Shown: positions 39,526-52,345, counted from the stretch's first letter. The stretch is DNA of 64,000 nt from Macrostomum lignano (GCA_002269645.1 NIVC01002684.1:1-64000); one strand, 5' to 3'. Numbers and translations are program-made. Notes: generated by a model from the sequence alone, not told the origin.

Positions 39526-40470
39526 TCAGGAGTTCTGCAGGGCGACACTTTAGCGCCGTTTCTCTTCGTGCTGCTGCTGGACTGGGTGCTTCGGATCGCA
39601 GTCCCCTCGGCTAACGACGGCTTCCTGCTGCGCAGACGCATCGGTCGCCGCCACGGCGAAAAGCGCCTTATATATACGTGCAGCGTGCTCGGCTACGCCG
39701 ACGACCTCGCCCTCCTGTCCTCGTCCGTTGAAGGCGCCCAGCGCGAGATCGACAGGTTGGTCGAGGTGGCATCGAGCGTCGGACTGGTTGTCAACACGCT
39801 GAAAACTGAGGTGCTGACTGTGCCGGCCGACATCCCAGCGGACCTGACATGTCCTTCGCAGACGGGCAGACGACCACGCTCGCACGCTGCCAGCGCGCGG
39901 TTCACCTACCTCGGCGGTCTGGTGCCTCACGTGGAGTAAGACCTCCGGAGGCGCCGAGGTCTTGCCTGGACAGCCTTCCGTTCAATCCGGGCCGACGTCC
40001 AGTCCGAAGCGCTGCCCGACCGCCAGAGGGCACGGCTGTGGCAGGCGGTGGTCGAAGCCGTTACTGCTCTACAACGCCGAGACGTGGACACTGACGGCTA
40101 CGCTAGAGCGGCAGCTGGACTCTCAGCGCACTCAGGGCTGCTCTGTGCGGCCTTTCGAGCTGACGAGAGCGTCGGGACCGAGGCCCTGTACGATCGGGCC
40201 AAGCTGCAGCGCCCGTCCACCATCCTGCGCCGGCGGCGACTTCAACTGATGGGTCACACGTACGTGATCCGGGCAGGCGGGGTCAGGCCCAAACCCGTCG
40301 ATACGTGAACTGCCTCCTACACGACGTGAGGGCGCCCGACACTGCATGCCAAATGCAACGGGGCGGACTTCGTCCGCTCTCAGGCGCTGCGGCGCGCCAT
40401 CTGACGCACCCTGCTCTGTGACTTTGCTTGCGGGGCTGCGTAATTTGTTGTTGTTGTTGTTGTTGTTATG
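39526..40470 (+). mobile_element. 5'-truncated non-LTR retrotransposon (RTE-like LINE) remnant: RT C-terminal part, frameshifts and stop
   Basis: GVLQGDTLAPFLFVLLLDWVL, GYADDLALL, GLVVNTLKTEVL, FTYLG, LLYNAETWTL and LRRRRLQLMGH are RT and post-RT motifs. It has an in-frame TAA at ~39937, several frameshifts and a 3' (TTG)n tail at ~40445-40468. Confidence 0.85.
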
Positions 40471-42959
40471 AGCTAACTTTAACACTGTATATATTTTTTA
40501 TTCATTTAAGTAAACCAATTAGTTAAAACAAGTTATACTTCATATAGTCCCCAGGTAAAATTGTTTTTGTAGATCTTAATAAGAGTAAAAATTAAAATAA
40601 ACTTCATCTACGCGTATTCAAATATTTAATACCATCATTATAGAGTGATAGTTTGGCTCAGAAAAAGACTGGCGACCTTAATGCTTATATTTTTATTCTT
40701 ACTGTATGAAGTTACATGTACATTTCAAAGAAAGCGATAAATTAAATCTTATATTTTATTTAATATAATATAAAATTAATATAATATAAATTTATATTAA
40801 AAAGAGGTGTGTAAGGAAACTTTCTTTGCCCTAGTGTCTTTTCAACAGGACTTCGAAAGCATGTGCTTTTGAATTTCATATTCGTGCATAATTCCATAAT
40901 TCCATATGCACGCTAAAGTGACTGATACAAAAAGTACAAAGAAATGTAAAATTATTTATCAAAAAGTATAATTCAATATAAGACAACACTTTTTATTTTA
41001 ATTTTTTTGGTGCAATTGTAGCACAAAAGTTTTTACTTTGTTTATACACATACTATTTACAGGAAATCCGGAATAAAATAATTTAAATTTCGGAACTGAA
41101 CGTACAAAAATAAAAAAGATTTGCTAGCTATTGAGAAGATCTATAAACTCATAGCAAATCTCCCTCCTTAACCGACATGAAAATTATAGAGAACACCATG
41201 TGTACCACGCTGTTGCTGACCGTCTTACACCAATTGAATCCCTGGTTACATTGATACTCTACTTGCTATTCCCTCTTGCTACTATGCATCTCTTGCTATT
41301 AAGTCCCTACCCCGAGTAAAATCGAGTAAACAATACCGGTGCAATCCATCCCGTATTACGCGTTTATTTATGTAAAAATTTTCTTTTTCTAATCGCGCCT
41401 TATTTTTATTTAAGCACTCTATTTTTGGTTATTTCTTTCTTACATATTTGCTTCAAAAATACCCTTCATATTTAATGCCTGATAATTGCCAGCAATCCTT
41501 TCATCTGATTTTTTTGTCTGATTAATACATATAAACTTATTTTTATCACCTACGAATTCAAGTGACACCATACTTGTCTTTTAATCCCTTACTTAAATAC
41601 TTTTTGCTTTGTTTGCCGTTAAAGATTTTTGAAGTTTCGTAGAAAAAAAAATGGCGCCCTTTCAAATACTATATTATTGTAAAACTCGCCGCACAGATCC
41701 CATTCTATCGAAATAATATTAATATTAAATACACTGACATATACTGGCCAAACAGGCTTCTTGCCTGAGCCAAATTACTACTACTACTACTACTGGATAT
41801 ACGAAGAGCAATGTCATGCAAATGGCAGTTTTCGGTAAACCTGGAATTCTAATCTCAGCTAACTTGATCTACTTGAACTTGACGTCCAACTCTGACTCTA
41901 TATCGCGACTCTAGAGAGTTAAGAATAAAAAATAGAAACGTTGTCCTATGAAATCTAGCACTGCTTTTAGTTCACAAAACATTTAAGACTTAGGAGGTTA
42001 GGCATACTGTACTTCTTTTACTTTATAGGGCCTAATACTTAATTTTAGTAGTATTTTATATACAACAACAAGTTTTTACTTATTAGGCCTATTGTTACAT
42101 TATTGTTACATTTTTAACTTGTGTTGTAAATTGCTTGGATGACCTCTATCTTTATATCTGGCTAAAACTTATGGATGGAAAAGCAAAGTCAAAGACTGTG
42201 CTTTATATAATATACATAATAGGCCTACAGTCTTAGAAAAAAATGCAAATTGATGTTATTTCTGTGTTAATGTTGTTAGATTAAAGCTTATTAATAATTA
42301 TCAATAAACTTTCATTCAACTTAATAAAATTAAGGGCTAATAAGTTAGATCCTAAAATTTTTGTTTCAGGCTTTTCTGAAAAGATACACTTTGGAGATAG
42401 GAAGTTCTCATTTTTTAGCACAAAAAAGGCAGTGCTTATCCCCATGGTACCGTAGGAATAATTTCTGTCTTATTCCAATGGTACCATGGGAATAATTTTC
42501 TGCTTATCTGCACGGCACACTGACAAGATAGCTGTCCCATCTACATATGCTGTGGGAATAATTTTCTGCTTATCCGCATAGCACACTGACAAGATAGCTG
42601 CCATATCTTCTACATATACAAGCTGTTGAAACCCGCGGATTTTGAACCCAAGGAATTCCAATCCCCAGAACTACTTTTGCATGTATTCTGAAATCTAAGA
42701 CCATACACAAACAAAAACTTGTTATTAGTTAGTAGGAAAGAGGTAGACATAAAATGGAGCAGATTTGTGTAAAATTAAGGTTTGAAGCAAACATTGATAT
42801 TGTTGGCTGGGGCCCTGGGGGTCTCTGCAGAATGTCAGGCAATGTCTGTCTGACTCTAAAACATGTATTGGCAAACTCTGGCCTCTCCCTGACTCTCCCT
42901 ATGTCCCTTGGATCCTTTAAAATTTCTATTGTCTCTTCTGTTTCCTTTCTTCTCTTTAG

Positions 42960-43114
42960 TCCCTTGTCTCTCCTCTCTCCTCTCTCTTCTCTCCTCTCTT
43001 CTCTTCTCTCTCTCTACTTTTCATTTTCTCTCTCCTCTCCCCTTCTTCTCTTGTCTCTTCCTTCTCTCTATTCTTTTCTCTCTTCTCTTAACTTTCTCCT
43101 CTACTCTCTCATCT

Positions 43115-43154
<40 letters not shown>

Positions 43155-43430
43155 CCTTTCTCCTTTATCTCTCATCTCTCATTTCTCATCTCTCCTTCCA
43201 CCTTTCTCATCTCTACAACCTTAGAGATATAGAGATGTATCTTTATCTCTTCTCTCTTCCCTTTACTCTCATCTCTTCTTTCACCTCTTTCCTCTCTGCT
43301 CTCCTCTCTGCTGTCTCCTCTCTCCTCTCTGCTGTCTACTCTCTCCTCTCATCTGCAGCTCTCTGCTGTCTCATCTCTCCTCTCTACTCTCTCCTCTCTC
43401 TTTTCCTCCCTCTTCTTTCCACTCTCATCT
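42960..43430. repeat. CT-rich degenerate microsatellite
   Basis: Pyrimidine tract. The L/S-rich ORFs are artefacts. Confidence 0.85.
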
Positions 43431-43604
43431 GCCCTTCTACCATGACTTGGATTCTTTATCTGACCTTTGAGTTAAAAGTCTGCCTATCCCTGCTTGGAAA
43501 GCCAGTTTGTGGGACGTAGTACTCTCATGGTTGTTCTCCTGCTTTGATCATGTCATCTTTCTTGCCAATTTGCAGCCCTGAAAGGAATTTGTGTATCTTC
43601 AGCT

Positions 43605-44076
43605 TAGAGCTCAAACGGGATCCCGATCCCGATCTCGAATTCTCGGGATCCCGAAGATTTTTCGGGAATTCGGGATCGGGATCCCAAAGGCTTAGAGAAC
43701 TCGGGATTCAGGAGCACAATAGATTGATAATGAAGATGATGCTTTCAACAATCAAGAGCAGTAATCAATACTAAGCTAATTTTTGTAACAGCAACTATAA
43801 ATATGTTGAAAGTCTGATCTTGAATTCACCAAATAAAGCAGCAGATTTTTACTTAGTAACAGATTTGTAAAGAGTTGTACTCGTAAATAATGAACTAACA
43901 AGTATGAGGCTTTTCACGAAGCGATTCCAGAACCAGAATTTTACAAGAAAAAAGCAGTGTAACTAATGCAATTCAATATTACATTTCCCAAATACTAATC
44001 CTGAATCCCAATCCCAAAATTATTTTCAATCCCGATCCCGCCCGATCCCGAAAATTCTGCTCCCGTTTGAGCTCTA
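43605..44076. mobile_element. hAT-type MITE, 472 bp
   Basis: 16-bp perfect TIR TAGAGCTCAAACGGGA / TCCCGTTTGAGCTCTA, perfect 8-bp TSD CTTCAGCT (43597-43604 and 44077-44084), and subterminal GATCCCG repeats. Confidence 0.9.
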
Positions 44077-44300
44077 CTTCAGCTCCACTACAGTCTGCAT
44101 TAGTCTAACAACCAAAGAAATATGCATTTCTTAGGAGGCCATTTAAAATTTACACAGTACCTTTAAGAGAAACCTCAAATTTCCATGGTATGCCTAATTT
44201 ATTAGGGTTGTATCGCATTGCATCACAGCGCCTTTTCATAAATCTTTCGCTTTTACAAACCATGCTGGATTCCCTTGATTTGGCAATTGCCAATTGCCAT

Positions 44301-44874
44301 CAGTGGTGTGATTCAGGCGCAAATTCGCGCCAGGCGCGAAAATGGCGCGAATGCGCGAATCATGGGGGTCTGGCGCGAAATTTTGTGGAACCATGGGCGC
44401 GAAAATTGCATTCTTATTTTCTGCTTTTTACACTTATTTTCTTGTCAGACAATATGAAATACAAGAATGTCATAGCTTAGGAGATTAATCTAAACTGCTG
44501 CTTCACGAGTTGACGGCGGCCACCAAGAGCAAGGACGCCGAGATTGAAGAACTGAGGCGTCAGCAGCAGAATGTGCAGAAGAAGAAGCAGAAGGAGGCAG
44601 AGAAGCTAGCTGAGCTCGTCTTGAAGCGCAAGGCTGCTGAGCTGCTGTCAACGTCGTCAATCACCAGCACGAGCAGTCGCCTGCCTGCAGACATCGCCAA
44701 CAAGAAGTTCAGGTGGGACACGGCTGGGACTTGAGAGACATGCTAATTGGTAGCCAGACGCATCTTCAAAAGTGTCATCAATTTACTTATTTGGTTGTCA
44801 GTAGAATATTATTGGCATGGCGCAAAAATTTTCAGTCGGCGCGAAATTTGGCAAACTTTCCAATCACACCACTG
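44301..44874. mobile_element. hAT-type non-autonomous element, 574 bp, carrying an exon-like coding fragment
   Basis: 13-bp TIR CAGTGGTGTGATT / AATCACACCACTG, perfect 8-bp TSD ATTGCCAT, subterminal GGCGCGAA repeats, and a GC-rich open segment at 44510-44712. Confidence 0.88.
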
Positions 44875-45416
44875 ATTGCCATCCACTTTTAAACTGCTGC
44901 AGTTTGCCAATACAGAGGGCAGTGGTTAGAATTTCTCACTAAACTGTTATGGCTAAATGTAGCCTCTCCACTCTTGGGGTGCAGAGAAGGCTATAAACAA
45001 AGCTATTCCAAAACACTGTACATTTGCTATATACATTGAGCCCTATTGCCTGACCCTTGTCTGGGCTGGCGCTGGGGAAGTAAGCAGCCCAAACAACAGA
45101 AAAAGCAGACAAGACAAACTTCACATGCTTACAGTTTCCGTCCTGATTGAGATACAGAGTTGAGACAGAGAATGAGTCAATGAAGAATTGTGTCAAGTTT
45201 GAAGTTAATTGCTTCACATGGAGCAAACTTATGGCAGCTGAAAGTTAGTCAATTTTGAAACCCTTTTACACATCTGGGCCCAGATCGGTATCAGGAAAGA
45301 GAGGCAGGCGGGCAGAGGTTGGGGTGGTTGCTATGCTGAAAAAAACAGCCTAACTTTAAAAGTGCACAGCACCACTCAGGATTAACTTTGAGACTCGAAA
45401 TTTTACTATGAACACC

Positions 45417-45830
45417 TAGCTGAGGGTGTCTGGCAGTTGAGGCTTGCCCACTGTCGAGGCTTGATTGGTGAAACTTGAGAAATTCGCATCAAGGTGTTCA
45501 TAGTCACCTGGTGTCATTTGTTGAAGGTGCCGACGTCATCGGGGTGATGACGGAATGCTCGAGAGACTAGCTGACAATGTCTGTCGGTTGAGGTTTGCCC
45601 ATTATTGAAGCTTGATAAGAAAGACCTGACATATTTGCAACAGGACGTCCATAGTCACCTGATGCCACCTGTTGAAGGTGCCGACGGTGTCGGGATGATG
45701 AAGGAATGCTCAGGAGACTAGCTGAGGGTGTCTGGCAGTTGAGGCTTGCCTACTGTCGAGGCTTGATTGGCAAAACTAGAGAAATTCGCATCAAGGTGTT
45801 CATAGTCACCTGGTGCCACCTGTTGAAGGT
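45417..45830. repeat. ~150-bp imperfect tandem repeat, A-B-A' arrangement
   Basis: The CTAGCTGA.. anchor recurs at ~45417, ~45568 and ~45718. Units 1 and 3 are much more alike than either is to unit 2. Confidence 0.8.
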
Positions 45831-47130
45831 CTAGAAGCTCCGTCTCGGTGAAGGCCAGTAACCAACGAAGTCAGAGCTGATGCAGACACATTTGGTCGAC
45901 GTGCTGATGAAATTTGGAGACTTGGCAAGGCTGCACTGAGGCGCAGTGCTATTTGGCGCACAGGGGTGTACTGAATACACTAGCGCTTATGGGAAAAATC
46001 CGACCTTCTGGCAGAATCGTCGAATATCTCGATGGTCCGGAGGGTTGGCGACTTGATTCTTGTTTGAGAAGGTGCGCAACAAAAAGTTAGCCCGTGTTCT
46101 TGAATTTCGTGTGCCTGCGTTGCTCCGTTCCGGCGCAGCAAAAAAAATTGTCAGGGGGGGGGGAAATTTTTCCCCCCCTCTTGGTAGTTCTACTGTTAAA
46201 ATGGTGTGGCTCAGCTCTTTGGTTTTATGAGTCTATTTTATCATTCTTAGCTAACTATGTAGCAAATATTTCTAATAGAGATGATAAAAAAGATTCATAA
46301 AACCAAACATTGGAGCTGTGCCATGCATTTTTACAATTGTTAGGTATAGGATATGTAAAATAAAAAATTAATATAGAATCCTAATTCTTTGAACAAAAAG
46401 CTTTATGAATATTGATAGAGCAATAAAAAAGACACAATACATCAAAAGATAAATATTGGATTCGCCTCCAATCAATAGGCCTAAGGCCAAGGCAATAGGC
46501 CCATAATTATTGTGCTAATAAAAATGAAAACATAGGCCTATTTCCATTGTGTAGGCCTATTTTTAGATAAAATTATGGGATGAGGAAAAATCTGGGATAT
46601 CTTATGGGAAATTATGGAAAAAATAAAATAAAAAAATTTTCAAAATTTACTGTAACTTAAAATTCAAAAAGAGCATGTGTCATTGAAAATTAATGTACCA
46701 GAGTGGCACCTAACCTTTAAATATAATTTTATGCCATTTGTGAAATTTGGCACAAAAAACCCTATATGCTTTCAAAAAATATCAGAAAATAATGTGAACA
46801 AAAAGTTTTATAATGACTTTTTCAAAATGCTAAAGTTGGTTATTTTTTACCTTTTACATTTTTACATTTTTTACCTAAGTAGCATAGTTTTTAGTATATT
46901 AGAGATTGAAAATGCCATTTGCTATTTGCAATTTTGGACAAAAAACTCATGGATTCTTTAATACTTGATTCATTTTAAAATGTTTGTTATTATATTTCAG
47001 TCATAATTTTTAGGGCTACAACATAGCATGGTTAAAAATGAAGATTTTAAAATATTTTTCTTTTTTGGCACCCTAATAATAAGATATAACTTAGTCTCTC
47101 ATATATTAGCTATTAAATAAATCTATTTGT

Positions 47131-48551
47131 CCCGCTGGAAAATAGGGACAGATATTTGGTTCAGATATAGCGTATCCGGATCCGGATAGGGGCACTTTTC
47201 CGAATGAATGGCCGGATACAGTGGCGCAACCAGGGGGGGGGGGCGGGGGGCGGTCGCCCTCCCCTTAGGCGGGGGATCGAAAAAAAATCAAAGGGGGGAC
47301 CAAGCGAATTTTCGCCAAAAACAGAGCCACCCCTCCGCCGCCCCCCCCTCCCGGGACTTTACCCTCAGAATCCGCCCCCCCCCTTGAAAAATTTCTGGTT
47401 GCACTACTGGCCAGATATGTCCAGATATGACATTTTATCCAAACTATATCCGGACAAGTCGTATCTGGATGAATATCCGGATTATCACCCGGATATATGA
47501 CTTATCTGGACAAAAATTTCCGGACTTTTCATCCGGATACCAAACCTCTTGGTTCGGATACTCTACTATATCCAGACAAGTCGTATCCGGACGAATATCC
47601 GGATTATCACCCGGATATATGACTTATCTGGACAAAAATTTCCGGACTTTTCATCCGGATACCAAACCTCTTGGTTCGGATACTTACCGCACTGTTTTTT
47701 CAATGCATATATGGCCTTCTTCAATTTTTCGCTCACATCAACCCTGGATTTTAGAAAGCTGTCCATGAGAGCTAATATGGTCACTGAATTTCCAGTTACA
47801 ACTGTACCTGACTAAATTTTATCTGCAATGCCTGAAATTAAGTGTCTGAAATTTTCCTGTGTGCAAATACAATTCGGCACCAATGTCAATGAAAGCTACT
47901 TGAACACTGGACTTAAGTTTTTTATTTTCAGTTATCAGCTTTGGCTTGAAAAATATATTAAAATGCTTCTGTTTCACTTGCTACTGAATTGAAAGTGTAG
48001 CTGTTTTCCACTAACAGCGTTTAACTACTTGTTTTTCACTAACAGCGTTTAACTACTTGTTTTTCACTAACAGCGTTTAACTACTTGTTTTTCACTAACA
48101 GCGTTTAACTACTTGTTTTTCACTAACAGCGTTTAACTATTTGTTAAATATAAATATAATATACTATTAAATATAATAACATTCTTTCCCTTTTTGTCAA
48201 CTAAAATGCACAAAAGAATTGCTACAATTTATTCATTTGAATTAACAGAATCTATCCATACAAGCGAAGCAGTAGATTATGCTGCATTATCCTTTGGAAA
48301 ACTAAATTAATGTGAAAATCGGCACAATATAGCCGGATACATTTCCAGACTTACGTCCGGATTCAATGTACATATCTGGATGTTTCGTCCGGATACAGAA
48401 CTACAATATCCGAACAAAGCATCTGGATATGTAAAGTTGGCGTCACTTATCCGAAGAAACGACTGGATATTCTCCCACTGAACAGATGCAGAGAATATCC
48501 GGCCGAAATTAAAAAAATCCGAACCGAAATCCTGCCCTATTTTCCAGCGGG
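47131..48551. mobile_element. Non-autonomous TIR DNA transposon (~1.42 kb), possibly CMC/EnSpm-like
   Basis: ~35-bp imperfect TIR CCCGCTGGAAAATAGGG(A)CAG..GTTC(A/G)GAT, 3-bp flanking repeat TGT, many internal ATCCGGAT motifs, an internal ~130-bp duplication (~47430-47685) and a 28-bp x5 array (48005-48140). Superfamily assignment is tentative. Confidence 0.7.
47219..47409. mobile_element. hAT-type MITE (191 bp) nested in the 47131-48551 element
   Basis: Imperfect TIR CAGTGGCGCAACCAG / CTGGTTGCACTACTG. The 8-bp TSD GCCGGATA / GCCAGATA has one mismatch. Confidence 0.75.
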
Positions 48552-48962
48552 TGTATTCTTGATAAATATTTTAGCAGCTTGTAGCACATTGCGAGTCTTA
48601 AATGAAAATAGTTGCCTTTTTATTTGATTGTGCCTATGGGCTAAATAGAGTAGCGCAGTATGTAAAAATAAAAGTGGTACCATAGACTAAAAGTCATTAG
48701 GCTAGTCACCACAATATTTTTAGTATTTACATAATTTTTAGCAATATAAGTAAATTGTTTTAAAATTGAGACATTATTTAAATAGATAATAATAATAATT
48801 TGATTATACCTGTCCTAATGAGCAGATATGCAACTGATATTTCAACTATAGCTTTTTGTGTGGCTTATTTGATGGTTGCATAGGGCTATTTAATCTAAGA
48901 ACTAGGGATTGCCATATATACACAGCCTCAATTACTTTAGCTAATGCTAATACTTATGTTAT

Positions 48963-49040
48963 AGCTGAGTGAACTGAAGCAATGCAGAGTTGTGTCTTGC
49001 TCAAGGATACAACTTGTTTTGAGTAGGTCAAGAATTCAAA
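48963..49040 (-). mobile_element. Fragment of the CORE-like SINE
   Basis: AGCTG(A/G)GTGAACTGAAGCAATGCAGAGTT..GTGTCTTGCTCAAGGA matches 59619-59670. Confidence 0.7.
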
Positions 49041-49381
49041 TAAAATCAACTTTTACTCCTCGATACTTATTATCAAGATTGACTTTAGAAACAGAATATA
49101 CTGAAACTGATTAATATTATAGCATAATAAAGCACCAAGTAATCCAATTAGTTAAGAAATTTATATAGATGTAATTTGTATGAATATCATATAATCGATT
49201 TATTTTTACTGGCAATAAAAAGGCTCAAGCTATCAAGTATAATAAGGAGCCTCATTTTGACAATTATATTTTGTGAAAAATGAATTTCACAAAGATACAA
49301 GTCGGTTAATAAAATCAATAACATGTTCACGATATTGCATGACAAATAATTGACAAGGATAGATAGAAGTCTTCCATTACA

Positions 49382-50571
49382 ATGTCACCAAAGTCGTGGA
49401 ATCCGTGGAAGGCGTTTGACATCAGCGAGAAGGAGCGCCAGCTGATTGACAAGAGGCGCCAGATGCGCGAGTTCTGGGCCCAGGAGTACGTGCGCAAGTC
49501 CACCTCGCCACACAGGCCAAACTACAGGCTGGTGTTCGACCCGGCTGTGCAGCGGGCCATCGCTGCCAACGCCACCATGGAGAACTTTTTCCGGCCAAAC
49601 CGAAAGTCAACATTAGCGTTCCTTGGCTCGATTCTCTTCCCTGTGTGCTACGCCCTAAGCTATGACTACTTTTATCGGGTGAGTTTTCTTGGCTTACTTC
49701 GATATCTTTTGAAATTTGAGTGTTTTATGGTATGAAGAAATGGCCAGTTCACGTGTGTGCTATGGCATGAGAAATGGCCAGTTCACATGTGTGCTATGGT
49801 ATGAGAAATTGGTAGTTCACGTGTGTGCTATGGTATGAGAAATGGCCAGTTCACGTGTGCTATGGTATGAGAAATGGGCAGTTCACATGTGTGCTATGGT
49901 ATGAGAAATGGCCAGTTCACATGTGTGCTATGGTATGAGAAATGGGCAGTTCACGTGTGTGCTATGGTATGAGAAATGGGCAGTTCACGTGTGTGCTATG
50001 GTATGAGAAATGGGCAGTTTACGTGTGTGCTGTGCTATGGTACGAGTATGAGAAATGGGCAGTTTACGTGTGTGCTGTGCTATGGTATGAGAAATGGGCA
50101 GTTCACGTGTGTGCTATGGTATGAGAAATGGGCAGTTTACGTGTGTGCTGTGCTATGGTACGAGTATGAGAAATGGGCATTTTACGTGTGTGCTGTGCTA
50201 TGGTATGAGAAATGGGCAGTTCACGTGTGTGCTGTGCTATGGTATGAGAAATGGGCAGTTCACGTGTGTGCTATGGTATGAGAAATGGGCAGTTCACGTG
50301 TGTGCTATGGTATGAGAAATGGGCAGTTCACGTGTGTGCTATGGTATGAGAAATGGCCAGTTTACATGTGTGCTACGGTATGAGAAATGGCCAGTCACGT
50401 TGGATACCTTGATAATAAGCATCAATGAGTAAAATTTAATTTCAGTATGAGAAATGGCGAACTCCTGTGCTTCACTAATCTGTTTGCCTCAAATTGCAGC
50501 AACCATTTCTGAAAGCCCTGGCGAACGGAGAGGTGCCCTACAGAAATCGCAAAGGCAAGGAGCTCTACTGA
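49382..50571 (+). CDS. NDUFB4: NADH dehydrogenase [ubiquinone] 1 beta subcomplex subunit 4 (B15), 122 aa
   Basis: Exons 49382-49678 and 50500-50571 (phase 0). FDISEKERQ..RR..R..EY..LVFDPAVQRAIAA..FRPNRKSTL + TM + GEVPYRNR matches the NDUFB4 pattern (DPAxxRWxxA..FRPTxK). Confidence 0.88.
49730..50400. repeat. ~33-38-bp intronic minisatellite (GTATGAGAAATGGGCAGTTCACGTGTGTGCTATG)
   Basis: Fills the NDUFB4 intron. Confidence 0.9.
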
Positions 50572-51444
50572 GAAGCGGAGGAGATTCGAGGCACATCTTC
50601 TGTTTCCTAAACTAAATGCTTGCAAAGTTACAGTAAATATGCTATAATTAGTACTCAAAATAGGCAGTGTAAGACCTGTTAGTAGAAGTCTAGTTTGCTA
50701 ATGTTAGATATTAGTGTTCACCCCATATAGCCCTAACACAAATCTAATATTTATGCACAAAGTTCTAAGCACTTAAAATCCTCTTCATGCTACTTGACAC
50801 CCGGGATTTAGTAGTGCTGACTGACGTTACTTAGTTTTTTATTTTGCTCGGCTTCTGTAGAAATAGAAAGTTAAAATAAAAAATATACACAACCTGATCT
50901 ATTAGTATCAGCAGAGCTCGAGCATTTCTGTAAGTGTGTTGGATTAACTTACAGATCCGAAGTGCGTCCTTCCAAATCAATCGCAGTCTGGTGTGTTTTG
51001 CATTCTTACTCTGGGCAAATTCGCAATCAATAAAAAGCTAAAAAGTTCTGCTTACGATCGTAGATGAAGGCCAGTGGCCACCGAAGTCTGCTGAAACGTG
51101 ATTCAGACACGTGGTGGTCAGAAATCCAGGTGAACTGTGCCTTTCTTTCATCGTCAGAATCACAGTGCCATTTTCAGAATGCCAAAAATTGTAAGCCAGA
51201 ATGCCATCTGGCAGGCATCATGCAGTCAAAAGGTTCAAAACCAAGGAAAACACTAACATCTACTCTACCTTTTTCTTTCTCAGCCTCTCTGGCGCACAAG
51301 TCTGCAGATTTCGTGTTTACAGATTCTCGAATTCGAGCTTGACAACTGATGGAAGTCTTGAAATCCCTGGGGATATGAAATCGTTGCTCGTCTAACAAGT
51401 AGTAAGAAAATAAACGCCAACAATAACATATACAATTTTTCTTT

Positions 51445-51488
51445 TTAACCAACGCGTTTCGTCAATCATAAGACTTCGTCAGGGCCAA
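51445..51488 (-). ncRNA. Minimal type I hammerhead ribozyme motif (Penelope-like/retrozyme type)
   Basis: Minus strand reads UUGGCC-CUGACGA-A-GUC-UUAUGAUU-GAC-GAAAC-GC-GU-U-GGUUAA. Both core boxes are intact. Stem I is UUGGCC/GGUUAA, stem II is GUC/GAC, stem III is the palindrome ACGCGU, and the cleavage triplet is GUU. Confidence 0.7.
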
Positions 51489-52345
51489 TTCAATTCAACT
51501 GAATGCAATACACCAGTGAACACACTGTACAGTCCAAAGGCGGGTCAAAACAGTCCGGTAGAGTTCAATAAGCCTAAGTACAGAATGGAGGGAGAGACAG
51601 AAGACACGACACTGCTCCCGGCAAGATGTTTCTCTGCAAGATTCGCATGAATTACCCGACTGTTAACTGGTCAGCGATCCTGTTTGAAACAAGGAGACGT
51701 ACGATTTCGTCACGCAAACAGGATTCATACAAGATAACATTTTGCCTAACCGGAATGGGGCATGTTATCTTGTTCAAGCGAAAGTTATCCTGTCATGTAA
51801 TCTGGTTTATTTACCAGAGCGAGTACTCTGAGCTCATGCTCCATGATCCACTCCATTGCCAGCTAACTGCACGGTCAGTTGGGTTTGTGCATTCTGATTT
51901 ACGAAGCTTCATTAACATAGAATCTTAATTTTCTAAACAAAACAAAGAACATCAATACTAGTAGGGCTGTAAGAATAGATAAGGGACATATCAAACAATG
52001 AACATTGGGTCTGCCTCCTATCAAAAACCGTTGTACGTCAAAGTCAATTTTAGTCAAAGCTTCTTTCGAACCAAGCCAGCCCATGGGGCATGGCTTCGAG
52101 CCATACAGTTCTAGAAACTGAATTAACAGTAGCTAGCCTGACCAACTTATTCGATCTGCCAGTCCTAGCGAGTACTTTTTCACATTTCTAGTCGGACTTC
52201 TCGTTCTCACAGATCCGATGACAGCTACATGTAGGGGTCGTCTGGATTATGCGCTGTCATGAGTTCCGTACTGTACTGGCATTTTTCATCCGAAGTTCTT
52301 CATAGCCTTTAGTGTTCTTATATGAGGACCCTCTGGTTCGATTGT

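Noticed and set aside
39505-39532. Minus-strand CTGATGA..CGAAC hammerhead-like string
   Set aside because: It lacks the full GAAA box and stems, and the CTGATGA is the antisense of LINE coding sequence (TSSGV).
46208-46322. ~30-bp inverted repeat hairpin
   Set aside because: It is real but short and imperfect, with no TSD or recognisable RNA motif. It is probably a decayed MITE.
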